In this document: in pieces, positions 55,625-64,000 of the stretch
Layout: each line of letters starts with the position of its first letter
Numbering within the stretch: position 1 is the first letter of the stretch
Assembly: GCA_963732385.1 (NCBI GenBank)
Contig: CAVSZB010000003.1
Span: forward strand, 384,001-448,000
DNA length: 64,000 bases
Direction: 5' to 3'
From: an uncultured bacterium
GTDB lineage: Bacteria; Krumholzibacteriota; Krumholzibacteriia; LZORAL124-64-63
Program-made: the position numbers and the translations under genes
Notes under the pieces: generated by a model
Told to the model about the DNA's origin: nothing
Database searches by the model: none
What the model saw: only the letters and a program-made list of their open reading frames with translations

Positions 55625-56466
55625 AGGTCCGGGCGACCCTCGTCGACATCCAGAGCCCCTTCCAGCGGATCCAGGTCGTGGACACGGTTCCGTTCGGCCG
55701 GATGCTGGTGCTCGACGACGCCGCGCAGACCGCCGAGACCGAAGAGTACGTGTACCACGAGATGCTGGTGCACGTGCCGATGCTGGCCCATCCCGACCCG
55801 CGCCGTGTCCTGATCATCGGCGGCGGCGATGGCGGCGCGTTGCGGCGCGTGCTTGCGCATCCGGTGACGCTGGCGCGCCAGGTCGAGATCGACGGCGAAG
55901 TGGTCCGGGTGAGCCGCGAGCTGCTGCCCTCCATTTCGGCCGGCGCCTACGACGACCCGCGCGCCGACGCGGTGATCGGCGACGGCGTGGCCCACCTGCG
56001 CGACACTGCCGAGCGCTACGACGTCCTGCTCATCGACAGCACCGATCCGGTCGGTCCGGCCGTGGAACTGTTCGGCGATGCGTTCTATCGCGAGGCGCGG
56101 CGGGCGCTCGGCGGCACGGGGCTGCTGGTCACGCAGAGCGGCTCGCCGCTGGTCATGCTGGACGAATTGAAGGCGGCGCGCGCACTGCTGGCGCGCCACT
56201 TCCCGATCGTGCGGACCTACGTGTGCAGCATTCCGGCCTATCCGGGCGTGCTGTGGAGCTTCACCGCCGCGTCGGAAGCGATCGATCCCGCACGGATCGA
56301 CCAGGCTGCCGCGCGGAGTCGGCTGCGCGCGCTCGGCGCGCCCACCGGCTACTACACGCCCGCGGTGCACGCGGCGGCGTTCGCGTTGCCCAACTTCCTG
56401 CGCGCAGCCCTGGAGATGGACGATGACGGTGATCCTCCCGCCCTCCCCCCGCCCGTTTCTGGCTAG
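55576..56466 (+). CDS. speE: Polyamine aminopropyltransferase (spermidine synthase)
   Basis: YHEMLVH, LIIGGGDGG, VEID, DSTDP.GP; AAGGAG RBS. Confidence 0.92.
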   Translation: MREFAEPFRHGWRQAVEVRATLVDIQSPFQRIQVVDTVPFGRMLVLDDAAQTAETEEYVYHEMLVHVPMLAHPDPRRVLIIGGGDGGALRRVLAHPVTLARQVEIDGEVVRVSRELLPSISAGAYDDPRADAVIGDGVAHLRDTAERYDVLLIDSTDPVGPAVELFGDAFYREARRALGGTGLLVTQSGSPLVMLDELKAARALLARHFPIVRTYVCSIPAYPGVLWSFTAASEAIDPARIDQAAARSRLRALGAPTGYYTPAVHAAAFALPNFLRAALEMDDDGDPPALPPPVSG

Positions 56467-57277
56467 CCGTCCCGGCGGGCGGGGACGGGTGACGCTGCTG
56501 GGCGCGCCGCTCGACCGCACCGGCTCGTTCCGGCCCGGCGCTGCGGGGGGTCCGGCCGGCATCCGCTGGGCGTCGGACAACCTCGAAACGTACAGCCCCG
56601 ACCTCGATCGCGACCTGACGGAGCTCGACTTTGCCGATGCCGGCGATCTCGATCTCGGCGCGCTCGACCAGCCGGCGGCACTGGCGGCGATCGCCGCGGC
56701 GACCGGCGAGCTGCTCGCCGGCGGTGCCCTCCCGGTGGTGCTGGGGGGCGAACACACGGTGGCGCTCGGCGTGGCGCGCGCGGTGCTGCGGCGGCACCCG
56801 GACGCGATGGTCGTCCACCTCGACGCGCACGCCGACCTGCGCGACGACTACCTCGGCGAGCGGCTGTCGCACGCGACCTGGGCCTGCCGACTGGGCGAGG
56901 AATTCGGTTTCGACCGTCTGCTGCAGTTCGGTATCCGCTCGGGTTTGCGGGAGGAGTTCGCGCGGGCGCGGGAGAGTTGCGGGCACTTCGACCGCGAGGT
57001 CGTCCTGACCGAGGCGGCGCGCGGGCTGTTGGCGGATCGGCCGGTCCACCTGACGCTCGACGTGGACGTGCTCGACCCCGCCTTCCTCGCGGGGACCGGC
57101 ACGCCCGAGGCGGGGGGATGCACCTGGCGTGAACTGACGGCGTTTTTGGCCGCTTTGGGCGGGACGCGGATCGTGGCGATCGACATTTGCGAACTGGCGC
57201 CCGCGCTCGATCCCAGCGGCGCCAGCAGCGCCGTCGCGGCGAAGCTCGTTCGCGAACTGGCGCTGCGGTTCGGCTGA
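56423..57277 (+). CDS. speB: Agmatinase / ureohydrolase
   Basis: GGEHT, DAHADLRD, D.DVLDP....GTGTPE.GG. Confidence 0.92.
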   Translation: MTVILPPSPRPFLASRPGGRGRVTLLGAPLDRTGSFRPGAAGGPAGIRWASDNLETYSPDLDRDLTELDFADAGDLDLGALDQPAALAAIAAATGELLAGGALPVVLGGEHTVALGVARAVLRRHPDAMVVHLDAHADLRDDYLGERLSHATWACRLGEEFGFDRLLQFGIRSGLREEFARARESCGHFDREVVLTEAARGLLADRPVHLTLDVDVLDPAFLAGTGTPEAGGCTWRELTAFLAALGGTRIVAIDICELAPALDPSGASSAVAAKLVRELALRFG

Positions 57278-57301
57278 GCGGCGCGCCCGCGGCCCGCCGC
57301 G

Positions 57302-57664
57302 CTACTTTTTCGCCACGAGCAGGTCAGGCATCTGGCCCGGCGTGGTTTTGACGCCCGGTTCGGCGGTCTTGCGCGTGATCTCGGCGTTGGCGGTCTTGTC
57401 GGCCCGCTCGGTCACCGCCGGGCCGTGCGGTTTGTCCTGGTTGCTCAGGCTCTCTTCGAGCAGGGCCTGACCCGCCGCCGAGATCTCAAGGGAATCGTTG
57501 CCCCGGGCGAGCCGCATTTCCGCTGTTTTCTGATATTTCTGTACATAGCCTTCCTGCTGGCGGGCCGCGAGCGGGTTCGAGGGCCCGGCCTGTTTCTTCT
57601 CTTCCGGGGCGGCGGGGCTGGACGGGGGTCGGGCCAGAGGGGTCAGTGCGGCATCGATCTTCAT
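57302..57664 (-). CDS. Hypothetical protein
   Basis: GGGAGG RBS; near-consensus sigma28 promoter upstream; DSLEIS.AG motif. Confidence 0.65.
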   Translation of the reverse strand: MKIDAALTPLARPPSSPAAPEEKKQAGPSNPLAARQQEGYVQKYQKTAEMRLARGNDSLEISAAGQALLEESLSNQDKPHGPAVTERADKTANAEITRKTAEPGVKTTPGQMPDLLVAKK

Positions 57665-57724
57665 GATGTCTGCCTCCCTGCTGCCCGGGTCAGCCCCGGG
57701 CAAGTTTTCCGGTATGCCCCCTAT

Positions 57725-57752
57725 TTATCGGCAGGGTAAGCCAAAACCTTTA
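57725..57752 (-). promoter_or_regulatory. Sigma28 promoter, near consensus
   Basis: TAAA-N16-GCCGATAA. Confidence 0.75.
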
Positions 57753-57762
57753 GCGCCATAAA

Positions 57763-58371
57763 TCACTTAAAACACCCCAAAGGCAAATCAAGTAGCCTGA
57801 GGTCAAAATTCCACGGGTCATCCTTACGACCCGGAGAGATCCGTGCGTGGGTGACAACGTAGCGAAGCGGGTAAAGACGGCCCATCCGCGCCAGCAGGGC
57901 GTTCAGGCCGGCATATTGCGCCGGCGTCAGGCTGTCGGTCCTGGTGGTCATCATTTCGATGCCGAGGGAGAACCCGTTGACCCCGGTGCGCCCGTCGGAC
58001 ATCCGGCTGCGGCCGGCGTGCCAGGCGACGTCGCGGTCACGCACCGTCCGCCAGACCGTGCCGGCGCGATCGATGACGTAATGCGGGGCCACCCCGTACT
58101 GGCGGTACTCCGCGAGCAGGCCGTCGAGGTCGTACGGATCGGGACCGAGCGCGTCGTAGGACGAATGGATGACCACGGTGTCGATCGCGCGCGGTGCGGC
58201 GTGCGGCGCGTGGCCGAAGTCGACCAGGCGGTCGTGGATGACAAGAGAGTCGGGGGGGGCGGTGGCGGCGTCCGGCGGCGCCGGGGCGGCGGGCACGAGT
58301 GTCGCCAACAAACCGAGGGCCGCGACGGCCAGCCCGAAGATCGCGCGGAGAGACCGGGGGCAGGATGGCAT
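57763..58371 (-). CDS. N-acetylmuramoyl-L-alanine amidase (Amidase_2, AmpD-like) with signal peptide
   Basis: VVIHSS, HYVIDR.G, AWHAG.S, N.FSLGIE, H..ISPGRK.DP. Confidence 0.88.
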   Translation of the reverse strand: MPSCPRSLRAIFGLAVAALGLLATLVPAAPAPPDAATAPPDSLVIHDRLVDFGHAPHAAPRAIDTVVIHSSYDALGPDPYDLDGLLAEYRQYGVAPHYVIDRAGTVWRTVRDRDVAWHAGRSRMSDGRTGVNGFSLGIEMMTTRTDSLTPAQYAGLNALLARMGRLYPLRYVVTHARISPGRKDDPWNFDLRLLDLPLGCFK

Positions 58372-58448
58372 GACCGACTCTCCCTGTCCGAGCCCCTTGT
58401 TCACGTGGCGAAAGACGCGGACCAGGTTCCGCCGGCGGGCGATCTGCG

Positions 58449-59216
58449 TCACCCCGGATCGTCCTCCCCCAATAACCCCGCAATCCGCGTCCTGATCTTC
58501 TCCACGTGCGTTCCTGGCCAGTACAGGTGGTCGCAGTCGGAGCAGAGGAAGTAATTGTCGCACCAGGAGCGGGTGCGCAGGGGGACGCGTACGGCGATAG
58601 CGGACTTCGGCACCGGGCGCAGTTCGCCGTTGCAGAGGTTGCAGCGGGAGAAGGGGCGCCCGCGCCCGATCAGGTCGAAGCGCTCGATCACCTCGCACGC
58701 CTGCGCATCGACCGCGCGGGAGCGCACCAGGCGGCCGACCTCGATCGCGCGGCGCTTGAGCAGGGCGCGGCTGCAGGTCAGGACGGCGCGGTGGTCGCGT
58801 GTGGCGTTGCGCGCGATCTCCGTCTCGCCCCAGTCGTTGCTGTAGAGGGTATCAAAGCCGAGCAGCCGCAGCAGGCGCGCGAGGCGGCCGAGGTGCTGGT
58901 CGCAGACGAAACGATCGCGGGCGAGAGGCCGCTGTTGCAGGCGGGCCTCGGGCCAGGGTGGCGCAACGGCCGGTGCGCGGCCGGAGCGCGGGACGGGATG
59001 CACCTCGAAACGGTCGGCATCGCGCACACGGTGGCCGAAACCGACCGGCAGACCGCCGAGCAGCAGGAGGTCGATCTCGGTATGGGGGATGCCGAGATTC
59101 TCGATCGCGTCCTTCACCGTGGTCGGTTCCGGCAGGCCCACCACATGGTGACGCAGGCCGGGCGCGCCGGTCAGCGAGGCCAGATCGCCATGGAGGCAAA
59201 AGGAGATCGCGAGCAT
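58449..59216 (-). CDS. Ubiquitin-like domain plus Mut7-C RNase protein
   Basis: TVKD.IE.LGIPHTEIDL, F.CD.HLGRLAR.LRLLGFDT, RC..CNG.L, C..C...YW.G.H. Confidence 0.9.
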   Translation of the reverse strand: MLAISFCLHGDLASLTGAPGLRHHVVGLPEPTTVKDAIENLGIPHTEIDLLLLGGLPVGFGHRVRDADRFEVHPVPRSGRAPAVAPPWPEARLQQRPLARDRFVCDQHLGRLARLLRLLGFDTLYSNDWGETEIARNATRDHRAVLTCSRALLKRRAIEVGRLVRSRAVDAQACEVIERFDLIGRGRPFSRCNLCNGELRPVPKSAIAVRVPLRTRSWCDNYFLCSDCDHLYWPGTHVEKIRTRIAGLLGEDDPG

Positions 59217-59329
59217 GGCGGTCTCCGTGGTTGGCGTTCAACCGCACGTTTGCAAGCCGGCGATGGGGGCCGTCCAGCCGACCGGGCCAGCATACCGCCA
59301 ATCTCCCCCGGCCACAATGGCGGTGTGGG

Positions 59330-59359
59330 TTGACAGACCGGACCCGGGAAGGCTACTTT
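59330..59359 (+). promoter_or_regulatory. Sigma70-like promoter
   Basis: TTGACA-N18-TACTTT upstream of 59462. Confidence 0.5.
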
Positions 59360-59461
59360 CCCACACCACGCGTGCCGCAAAGTCCGCGTGGCCGGTCGTG
59401 TCCCAGGCTCCCCGACCGCCTCGCGCGCCCCCCGGTCGCCGGCATCCCTGTGGAGGGCCAG

Positions 59462-61453
59462 GTGTCTGTCCCCCAATTGATATGTGCGCGGCGCCCCTGT
59501 GTTGCCGTCGCGGTGTTGCTCGCGTTGGGCCTTGCGGTCCCGGCGGCTGACGGCGCGCCGCGCAAGGACATCGTCACGAACGTCGGCCTGGTCGGGCTCA
59601 CGATCACGAACCTGGGCTACGTCGGCAACGGGTTCACCAATCAGTTCCAGCCGTCGTGCGAATATCCGCTCAACAGCCACGTGGAGCACGTCTTCCTCGG
59701 TGGAATCTGGGTCGGCGCGGTGGCGCCCGACGGCACGATCCACGTCTCGACCGGCGCGCAGGACGCCAGCAACCTGGTCGCCGGCGACGAAGTGCGCGAG
59801 TTCGTGGATTCGCCAGGCGCGGCGGTGGACATCTGGTCCAACAGCCAGAACAGCGACCGGTACCCTTACGATCCCCGCGCGCTGGCCACACAGCACATCG
59901 AAGTCACGTTCGACGACTACGCGACCATCGAATCCGGCAGCCACACGCCGCTGGGGTTGCAGGTCGTCCTGCGGGCGCTGGCGTACGGCAGCCCCTATGC
60001 GGACGATTTCGTCATCCTCGACTACGCCATCATCAACATCTCCGGCGGCGAATTGCGCGACGTCTATGTCGCCTACTGGACCGACACCACGGTGGGCAAC
60101 ACGACGCGGACGGTTCCCTCCGAATACGATCCCCTGGCTCCGGTGAAGTGGAATTACTACGACGACCTCAACGGCGGCTGGGGTCCGGCCCGCTGGGTCC
60201 CGCCCGGGAGCGTTGTCAACGGTGATCCTGGCATCTGGATGATGTACGAGCACGACGACGACGGCGAAGAGAACCTCGCCACCTCCTGGGTCGGCAGTCG
60301 CCTGCTCGGGACGGCGCCGCTGGTGGCCACCCGCGTGACCGTCGCCGGCGACACCCTGCCGCCGGTGAGCTACAACAGCTGGCGTTTCCGGGGCGTGCCG
60401 GCCCAGGATGATGTCTACCTGATCAACCCGGGGCAGCCGACCGAAGAGCTGCGGGCCGGCAAGTACCAGGTGATGGGCAACGGCGATTTCGACGTGGGCG
60501 AGACGCAGAGCGAAAACTTCACCGTCGCGTCCGACTGGATGGGACTGCTCTCGACCGGGCCGTGGCCCTACATGGCGCCGGGCGATACGATCCATGTCAC
60601 TTATGCGATCGTCTGCGGGGCGGATTCGCTCTCGCTGCTGGCGAACAGCAAGATTGCGCAGGTGGCCTACGACGCCGGGTTCAGCATCCCGGCCGGGCCT
60701 CCGTCGCCGCGGCTCGCCGTCGCCACCGACAACGATCGCGTCATCCTGACCTGGAGCCCGGGCGATTCAGCCGCCGCCGACGCGGCCGGGCAGTCGCCCG
60801 AATTCCACCTCAGCTCGATCACCAACAAGCGCGATTTCCAGGGTTACCGGATCTTCCGCTTCCAGGGCGAAACGATCACCAAGGATCCCTACAGTCTGGC
60901 GACCCTGATTGCCGAGTACGACCGGATCGACGGCGTCGGCTTCGACACCGGCCTGCCGCCGCTCGATCTCGACGGCCGGCGGCGTTTCGTGGATGAGCAC
61001 CTGCTCGACGGCTTCCCCTACTGGTATTCCATCGTGTCGTTCTCGGCGCCCGACCAGGAGGCCGGCCTGCCGGAGTTCCAGAGCGGCTTCAATGAAAACG
61101 CGCGGCTGGTGTTTCCCGGTTCGGCGCCGTCCATCCCGACCGACCGGCGCACCGTGGGCGTCTTCCCGAATCCCTATCGCGCCGGGTCGTTCTTCGACTC
61201 GCCGCGCGGCGAAGTGGAGCTGGGCCGCAGGATCTGGTTCACCGGGCTGCCGCCCCGTTCAGTGATCCAGGTGTTCAACCTGGCGGGGGACCTGATCAGG
61301 ACCCTGCATCACGACGATCCCAATTCGGGCCAGGAGCCGTGGGACCTGCTCACCGAGCCGGTGCGGGCCCTCGCGAGCGGTCTCTACGTCTACGTGGTGA
61401 CCGATCTCGCCAGCGGCGAGGTCCAGCGCGGGAAGCTGGTGATCATCAAATGA
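59462..61453 (+). CDS. Secreted protein with T9SS-like C-terminal domain
   Basis: Signal peptide; ITN.G..G, HVFLGGIWVGA, FQGYRIFR, VFPNPY...ASGLYVYVV...GKLVIIK; GTG start after GGAGG. Confidence 0.82.
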   Translation: MSVPQLICARRPCVAVAVLLALGLAVPAADGAPRKDIVTNVGLVGLTITNLGYVGNGFTNQFQPSCEYPLNSHVEHVFLGGIWVGAVAPDGTIHVSTGAQDASNLVAGDEVREFVDSPGAAVDIWSNSQNSDRYPYDPRALATQHIEVTFDDYATIESGSHTPLGLQVVLRALAYGSPYADDFVILDYAIINISGGELRDVYVAYWTDTTVGNTTRTVPSEYDPLAPVKWNYYDDLNGGWGPARWVPPGSVVNGDPGIWMMYEHDDDGEENLATSWVGSRLLGTAPLVATRVTVAGDTLPPVSYNSWRFRGVPAQDDVYLINPGQPTEELRAGKYQVMGNGDFDVGETQSENFTVASDWMGLLSTGPWPYMAPGDTIHVTYAIVCGADSLSLLANSKIAQVAYDAGFSIPAGPPSPRLAVATDNDRVILTWSPGDSAAADAAGQSPEFHLSSITNKRDFQGYRIFRFQGETITKDPYSLATLIAEYDRIDGVGFDTGLPPLDLDGRRRFVDEHLLDGFPYWYSIVSFSAPDQEAGLPEFQSGFNENARLVFPGSAPSIPTDRRTVGVFPNPYRAGSFFDSPRGEVELGRRIWFTGLPPRSVIQVFNLAGDLIRTLHHDDPNSGQEPWDLLTEPVRALASGLYVYVVTDLASGEVQRGKLVIIK

Positions 61454-63015
61454 GGCTGCGTCGTTTTCCGCGCCCGTCTGCCCGAAGTGTCGCGCTGACC
61501 GCCGCGCTGGCGACAGTGCTGGCGCTGGTGCTGGGCGGTGGCTGCACGAACGATCCGTTCGATCCCGACTCCCTCCCGAACGCGCGGCCGGTGGCGCGTA
61601 TCTTCGTCACCTCCGCTCCTGGCGAGACGCTCAATGCGACCAGCTACTTCCGGCGCACCTTCCGCTGGAGCGGCAGCGACGCCGACGGCCGGGTGGTGGA
61701 ATACCACGTCTCGATCGAGACGCAGCGCGGGACGCCGGCGCCCTGGGACACGACCGCGCGCACTGACACCACGATGACCTTCACTACCGACGACGTGGGT
61801 CACGCCGAGGCCACCGTGCGTGTGGCCTGCCGGGACGATCGCGGCGCGCTCAGCGATACCGTCACGCAGTACATCCCGCTGCGGAATTTTCCGCCCGTGA
61901 TCAATTTCCAGGCTGATTTCGACACCGTGCGCTGGAGCTACGGCGCCGCCAATTTCCGCCTGTTCGCGCTCGACCTCGATGGGAACGAGACGCTCGACGA
62001 CTCGCTGCTCTACCGGCTGGATACGGCCGACACGACTATCGTGCGCGCCAGCGGATCCCCGGGCGCCGATCCGGCCCTCTGCTGGGTGAAGAAGGCGTTC
62101 GACGATCCGCTGGGGCGGACCTTCAGCATCGCGCTCAAGGGGACGCCCCCGGCTGCGGCGCGCACGCTCACGATCTCGGTGCGGGACGAAGCTCACTCCG
62201 AAGCGCGGCTCAACTGGACCTGGAAGGTTCTGGAGGCGCGCGGGCCGGTGCTGCTGGTGGCCGACGCCGGTCCGAGCACCTTCACCGCTTTCTATCGCCC
62301 GGTCATGGACGCGCTGTTGGGCGCGGGGCAGTGGTCGCTCTACAACGTCGGCAGTCCGCTCGTCGACCGCTCGCTCTCGGGCGTTTCTCCCGAGCTGTAC
62401 TATGTGGGGTTGCCGGACAGGCCGTGGGTGCTGCTCGAATCGCTGCGGCAGTTCCCGGTCGTGCTGTGGTATACCGGAGGGGGCTCGTCGCTCAACCTGA
62501 AGAACTCCGTGGAACCGCTCAAGAGCTACCTGACGCCGCCGCCGAATCCCGCCACCGGCCTGCCGGAAGCGCCGGCCGGCCGGCTGGTGCTCGTGAGCAA
62601 GTCCATCATCGGGGTCTCCTCGAATCTGCCGGCCGACTTCGTCAAGAGCGTGCTCGGCGTGAGCACGGTCGCCGCGCCGCCGGCCGATTTCGTGGTCCCG
62701 ATCGGCAAACAGGCGCTCGGCCAGCGGGTGACGCTGCCCCCCTTCACCGCGATTTCGTCGACCAACCGGCAGGCGATCGGGGTCAAGCTGCTCACCGGCA
62801 CGGAAGCGCTCTACAAGCTCGAATACTATCAGTACAGCCCCGATGGCCGGCCGCCATATGACCCGATCGTGGTCACCCGGAAGCCGCCGGCCGCTACGGC
62901 TCCTCTGGCGAGCGTGCTCGTGATGTCGCTGCAGCTCGAGTACTTCGACCAGGCGCAGGTGGTCCTGGCGCTGCGGGCGCTGCTGCTCAATGAGCTGGGG
63001 GTGATGCTGCCTTGA
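61450..63015 (+). CDS. Putative lipoprotein (PKD/Ig-like N-terminal domain)
   Basis: Basic N-terminus, hydrophobic stretch, GGGC; W.GSD.DG.V..Y; ATGA overlap with the upstream gene. Confidence 0.75.
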   Translation: MRLRRFPRPSARSVALTAALATVLALVLGGGCTNDPFDPDSLPNARPVARIFVTSAPGETLNATSYFRRTFRWSGSDADGRVVEYHVSIETQRGTPAPWDTTARTDTTMTFTTDDVGHAEATVRVACRDDRGALSDTVTQYIPLRNFPPVINFQADFDTVRWSYGAANFRLFALDLDGNETLDDSLLYRLDTADTTIVRASGSPGADPALCWVKKAFDDPLGRTFSIALKGTPPAAARTLTISVRDEAHSEARLNWTWKVLEARGPVLLVADAGPSTFTAFYRPVMDALLGAGQWSLYNVGSPLVDRSLSGVSPELYYVGLPDRPWVLLESLRQFPVVLWYTGGGSSLNLKNSVEPLKSYLTPPPNPATGLPEAPAGRLVLVSKSIIGVSSNLPADFVKSVLGVSTVAAPPADFVVPIGKQALGQRVTLPPFTAISSTNRQAIGVKLLTGTEALYKLEYYQYSPDGRPPYDPIVVTRKPPAATAPLASVLVMSLQLEYFDQAQVVLALRALLLNELGVMLP

Positions 63016-64000
63016 ACCTCCGCCCCCTTCGCCTGCTGCCGTGGCCGGTGTCGATGGCTGTCCTGGCCCTCGCGCTCGCGGTCGCGCCGGCACGGGCGCA
63101 GGCGCCGGCGGCCGCCGGTCGCCTGATGTACGACGGCGCCGGGGCGGCCGCCGCGCCGACAAGCCTGCTGGCGCCGGGCGGAACAGGTGGCGCGCCCGAT
63201 CTTGAGCAATCCCCCCCCGCGGTCATCAAGGGATTCGTCCGCGAAGCCGGGACGGGCGACTCGCTGCCCTACACGAACGTGTTCCTGGCCGGCACGAACA
63301 TCGGCACCATGGCTTTCAACGACGGTTATTACATCATCCGGGGGTTGCGGCCCGGCACCTACACCGTCAGGGCGTCCTACATCTCCTACGCGCTGGGCAG
63401 CCGCACGGTGACGGTGGGGCCGGGCGAGATCGCCCAGGTCGATTTCTCGCTGGAGGTCGAGGCGATCCTCATGGACGCCATCGATGTTTCGGCGGAGCGT
63501 CGCCTCATCGAGATCGAACGCACCGGCAGCGTGCATCGGCTTTCGGCCGCCGAGATGGCCGCCATGCCGGTGGACAACGTCGTCGACATGCTGCAGCACC
63601 AGGCTGGCGTTTCGGTGCAGGACAACGAGATCCACATCCGGGGCGGGCGCGCCGACGACACCCAGTTCGTCGTGGACGGCATGTCGGTGAATGACCCGCT
63701 CGCCGGCGGCGGCTATGGCTATCAGATCGACCCCTCGCTCATCAACGAGATCGAGGTCCTGACCGGCGGCTTCAACGCTGAATACGGGCAGGCGGTGTCG
63801 GGCGTGGTCAACGTCTCGACCAAGGAGGGCACCGACCGCGTTTCCGGGTCGGCGAGCTGGAAGCGCGACTACCTGACCGCCGTCAACAAGCACGACTACG
63901 TCGGGTGGCGGGACTATGACGATTTCAGCGAGCCGCAGAACATCGACGTGGTCAAGGCGTCGCTGTCCGGGCCGGACCCGCTGTCGTCGGCGTTGCGCCG
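63012..64000 (+). CDS. TonB-dependent receptor with carboxypeptidase-regulatory-like N-domain (partial, runs off the window)
   Basis: Manual translation from TTG 63012: VIKGFVRE..TGDSLPYTNV, IHIRGGR, VDG.SVNDP, TGGFNAEYGQAVSGVVN.STKEG; absent from the ORF track because no stop falls in the window. Confidence 0.88.
   Translation, partial: MNLRPLRLLPWPVSMAVLALALAVAPARAQAPAAAGRLMYDGAGAAAAPTSLLAPGGTGGAPDLEQSPPAVIKGFVREAGTGDSLPYTNVFLAGTNIGTMAFNDGYYIIRGLRPGTYTVRASYISYALGSRTVTVGPGEIAQVDFSLEVEAILMDAIDVSAERRLIEIERTGSVHRLSAAEMAAMPVDNVVDMLQHQAGVSVQDNEIHIRGGRADDTQFVVDGMSVNDPLAGGGYGYQIDPSLINEIEVLTGGFNAEYGQAVSGVVNVSTKEGTDRVSGSASWKRDYLTAVNKHDYVGWRDYDDFSEPQNIDVVKASLSGPDPLSSALR

Noticed and set aside
57302..57664. 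FlgM call
   Set aside because: The conserved C-terminal sigma-binding motif is missing.
63211..63218. C8 tract as a phase-variation site in the TonB receptor
   Set aside because: Short, in frame and unremarkable at this GC content.

Overview
High-GC bacterial chromosomal window, about 70% GC by eye. FlgD-Ig/T9SS-like C-terminal domains and an FCB-type TonB-dependent receptor suggest an FCB-related candidate phylum such as Krumholzibacteriota, Eisenbacteria or Latescibacterota (inference). Left part: aceEF pyruvate dehydrogenase, two hybrid sensor kinases, a haem-binding protein, DUF1028, sodB, an S9 peptidase, crcB-DUF190 and bcp. Four LVIVD-repeat secreted proteins are spread across the window. 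A small low-GC island at about 27.1-28.6 kb carries a gene remnant, a DUF4258/MqsA-like toxin-antitoxin pair and an IS1-like end. Middle: rnfCDGEAB-rseC-apbE preceded by ptb and a Pta-Buk fusion, a YkuD-Mur ligase fusion, a Mn/Zn ABC transporter, two GT-C-like membrane proteins and galK. Right part: a pdaD-speD-speE-speB polyamine operon, an amidase, a Mut7-C RNase and the start of a CTD protein-lipoprotein-TonB receptor operon. Best leads: (1) an ElsL-like L,D-carboxypeptidase domain fused to an Mpl/MurC-like ligase, a candidate one-polypeptide peptidoglycan recycling enzyme; (2) a butyrate kinase carrying a Pta domain that has lost its catalytic Ser-Arg, a candidate acyl-CoA sensor; (3) four sigma28-like promoters in front of non-flagellar genes. 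No rRNA, tRNA or CRISPR array was seen. All family assignments come from recalled motifs, not database searches.
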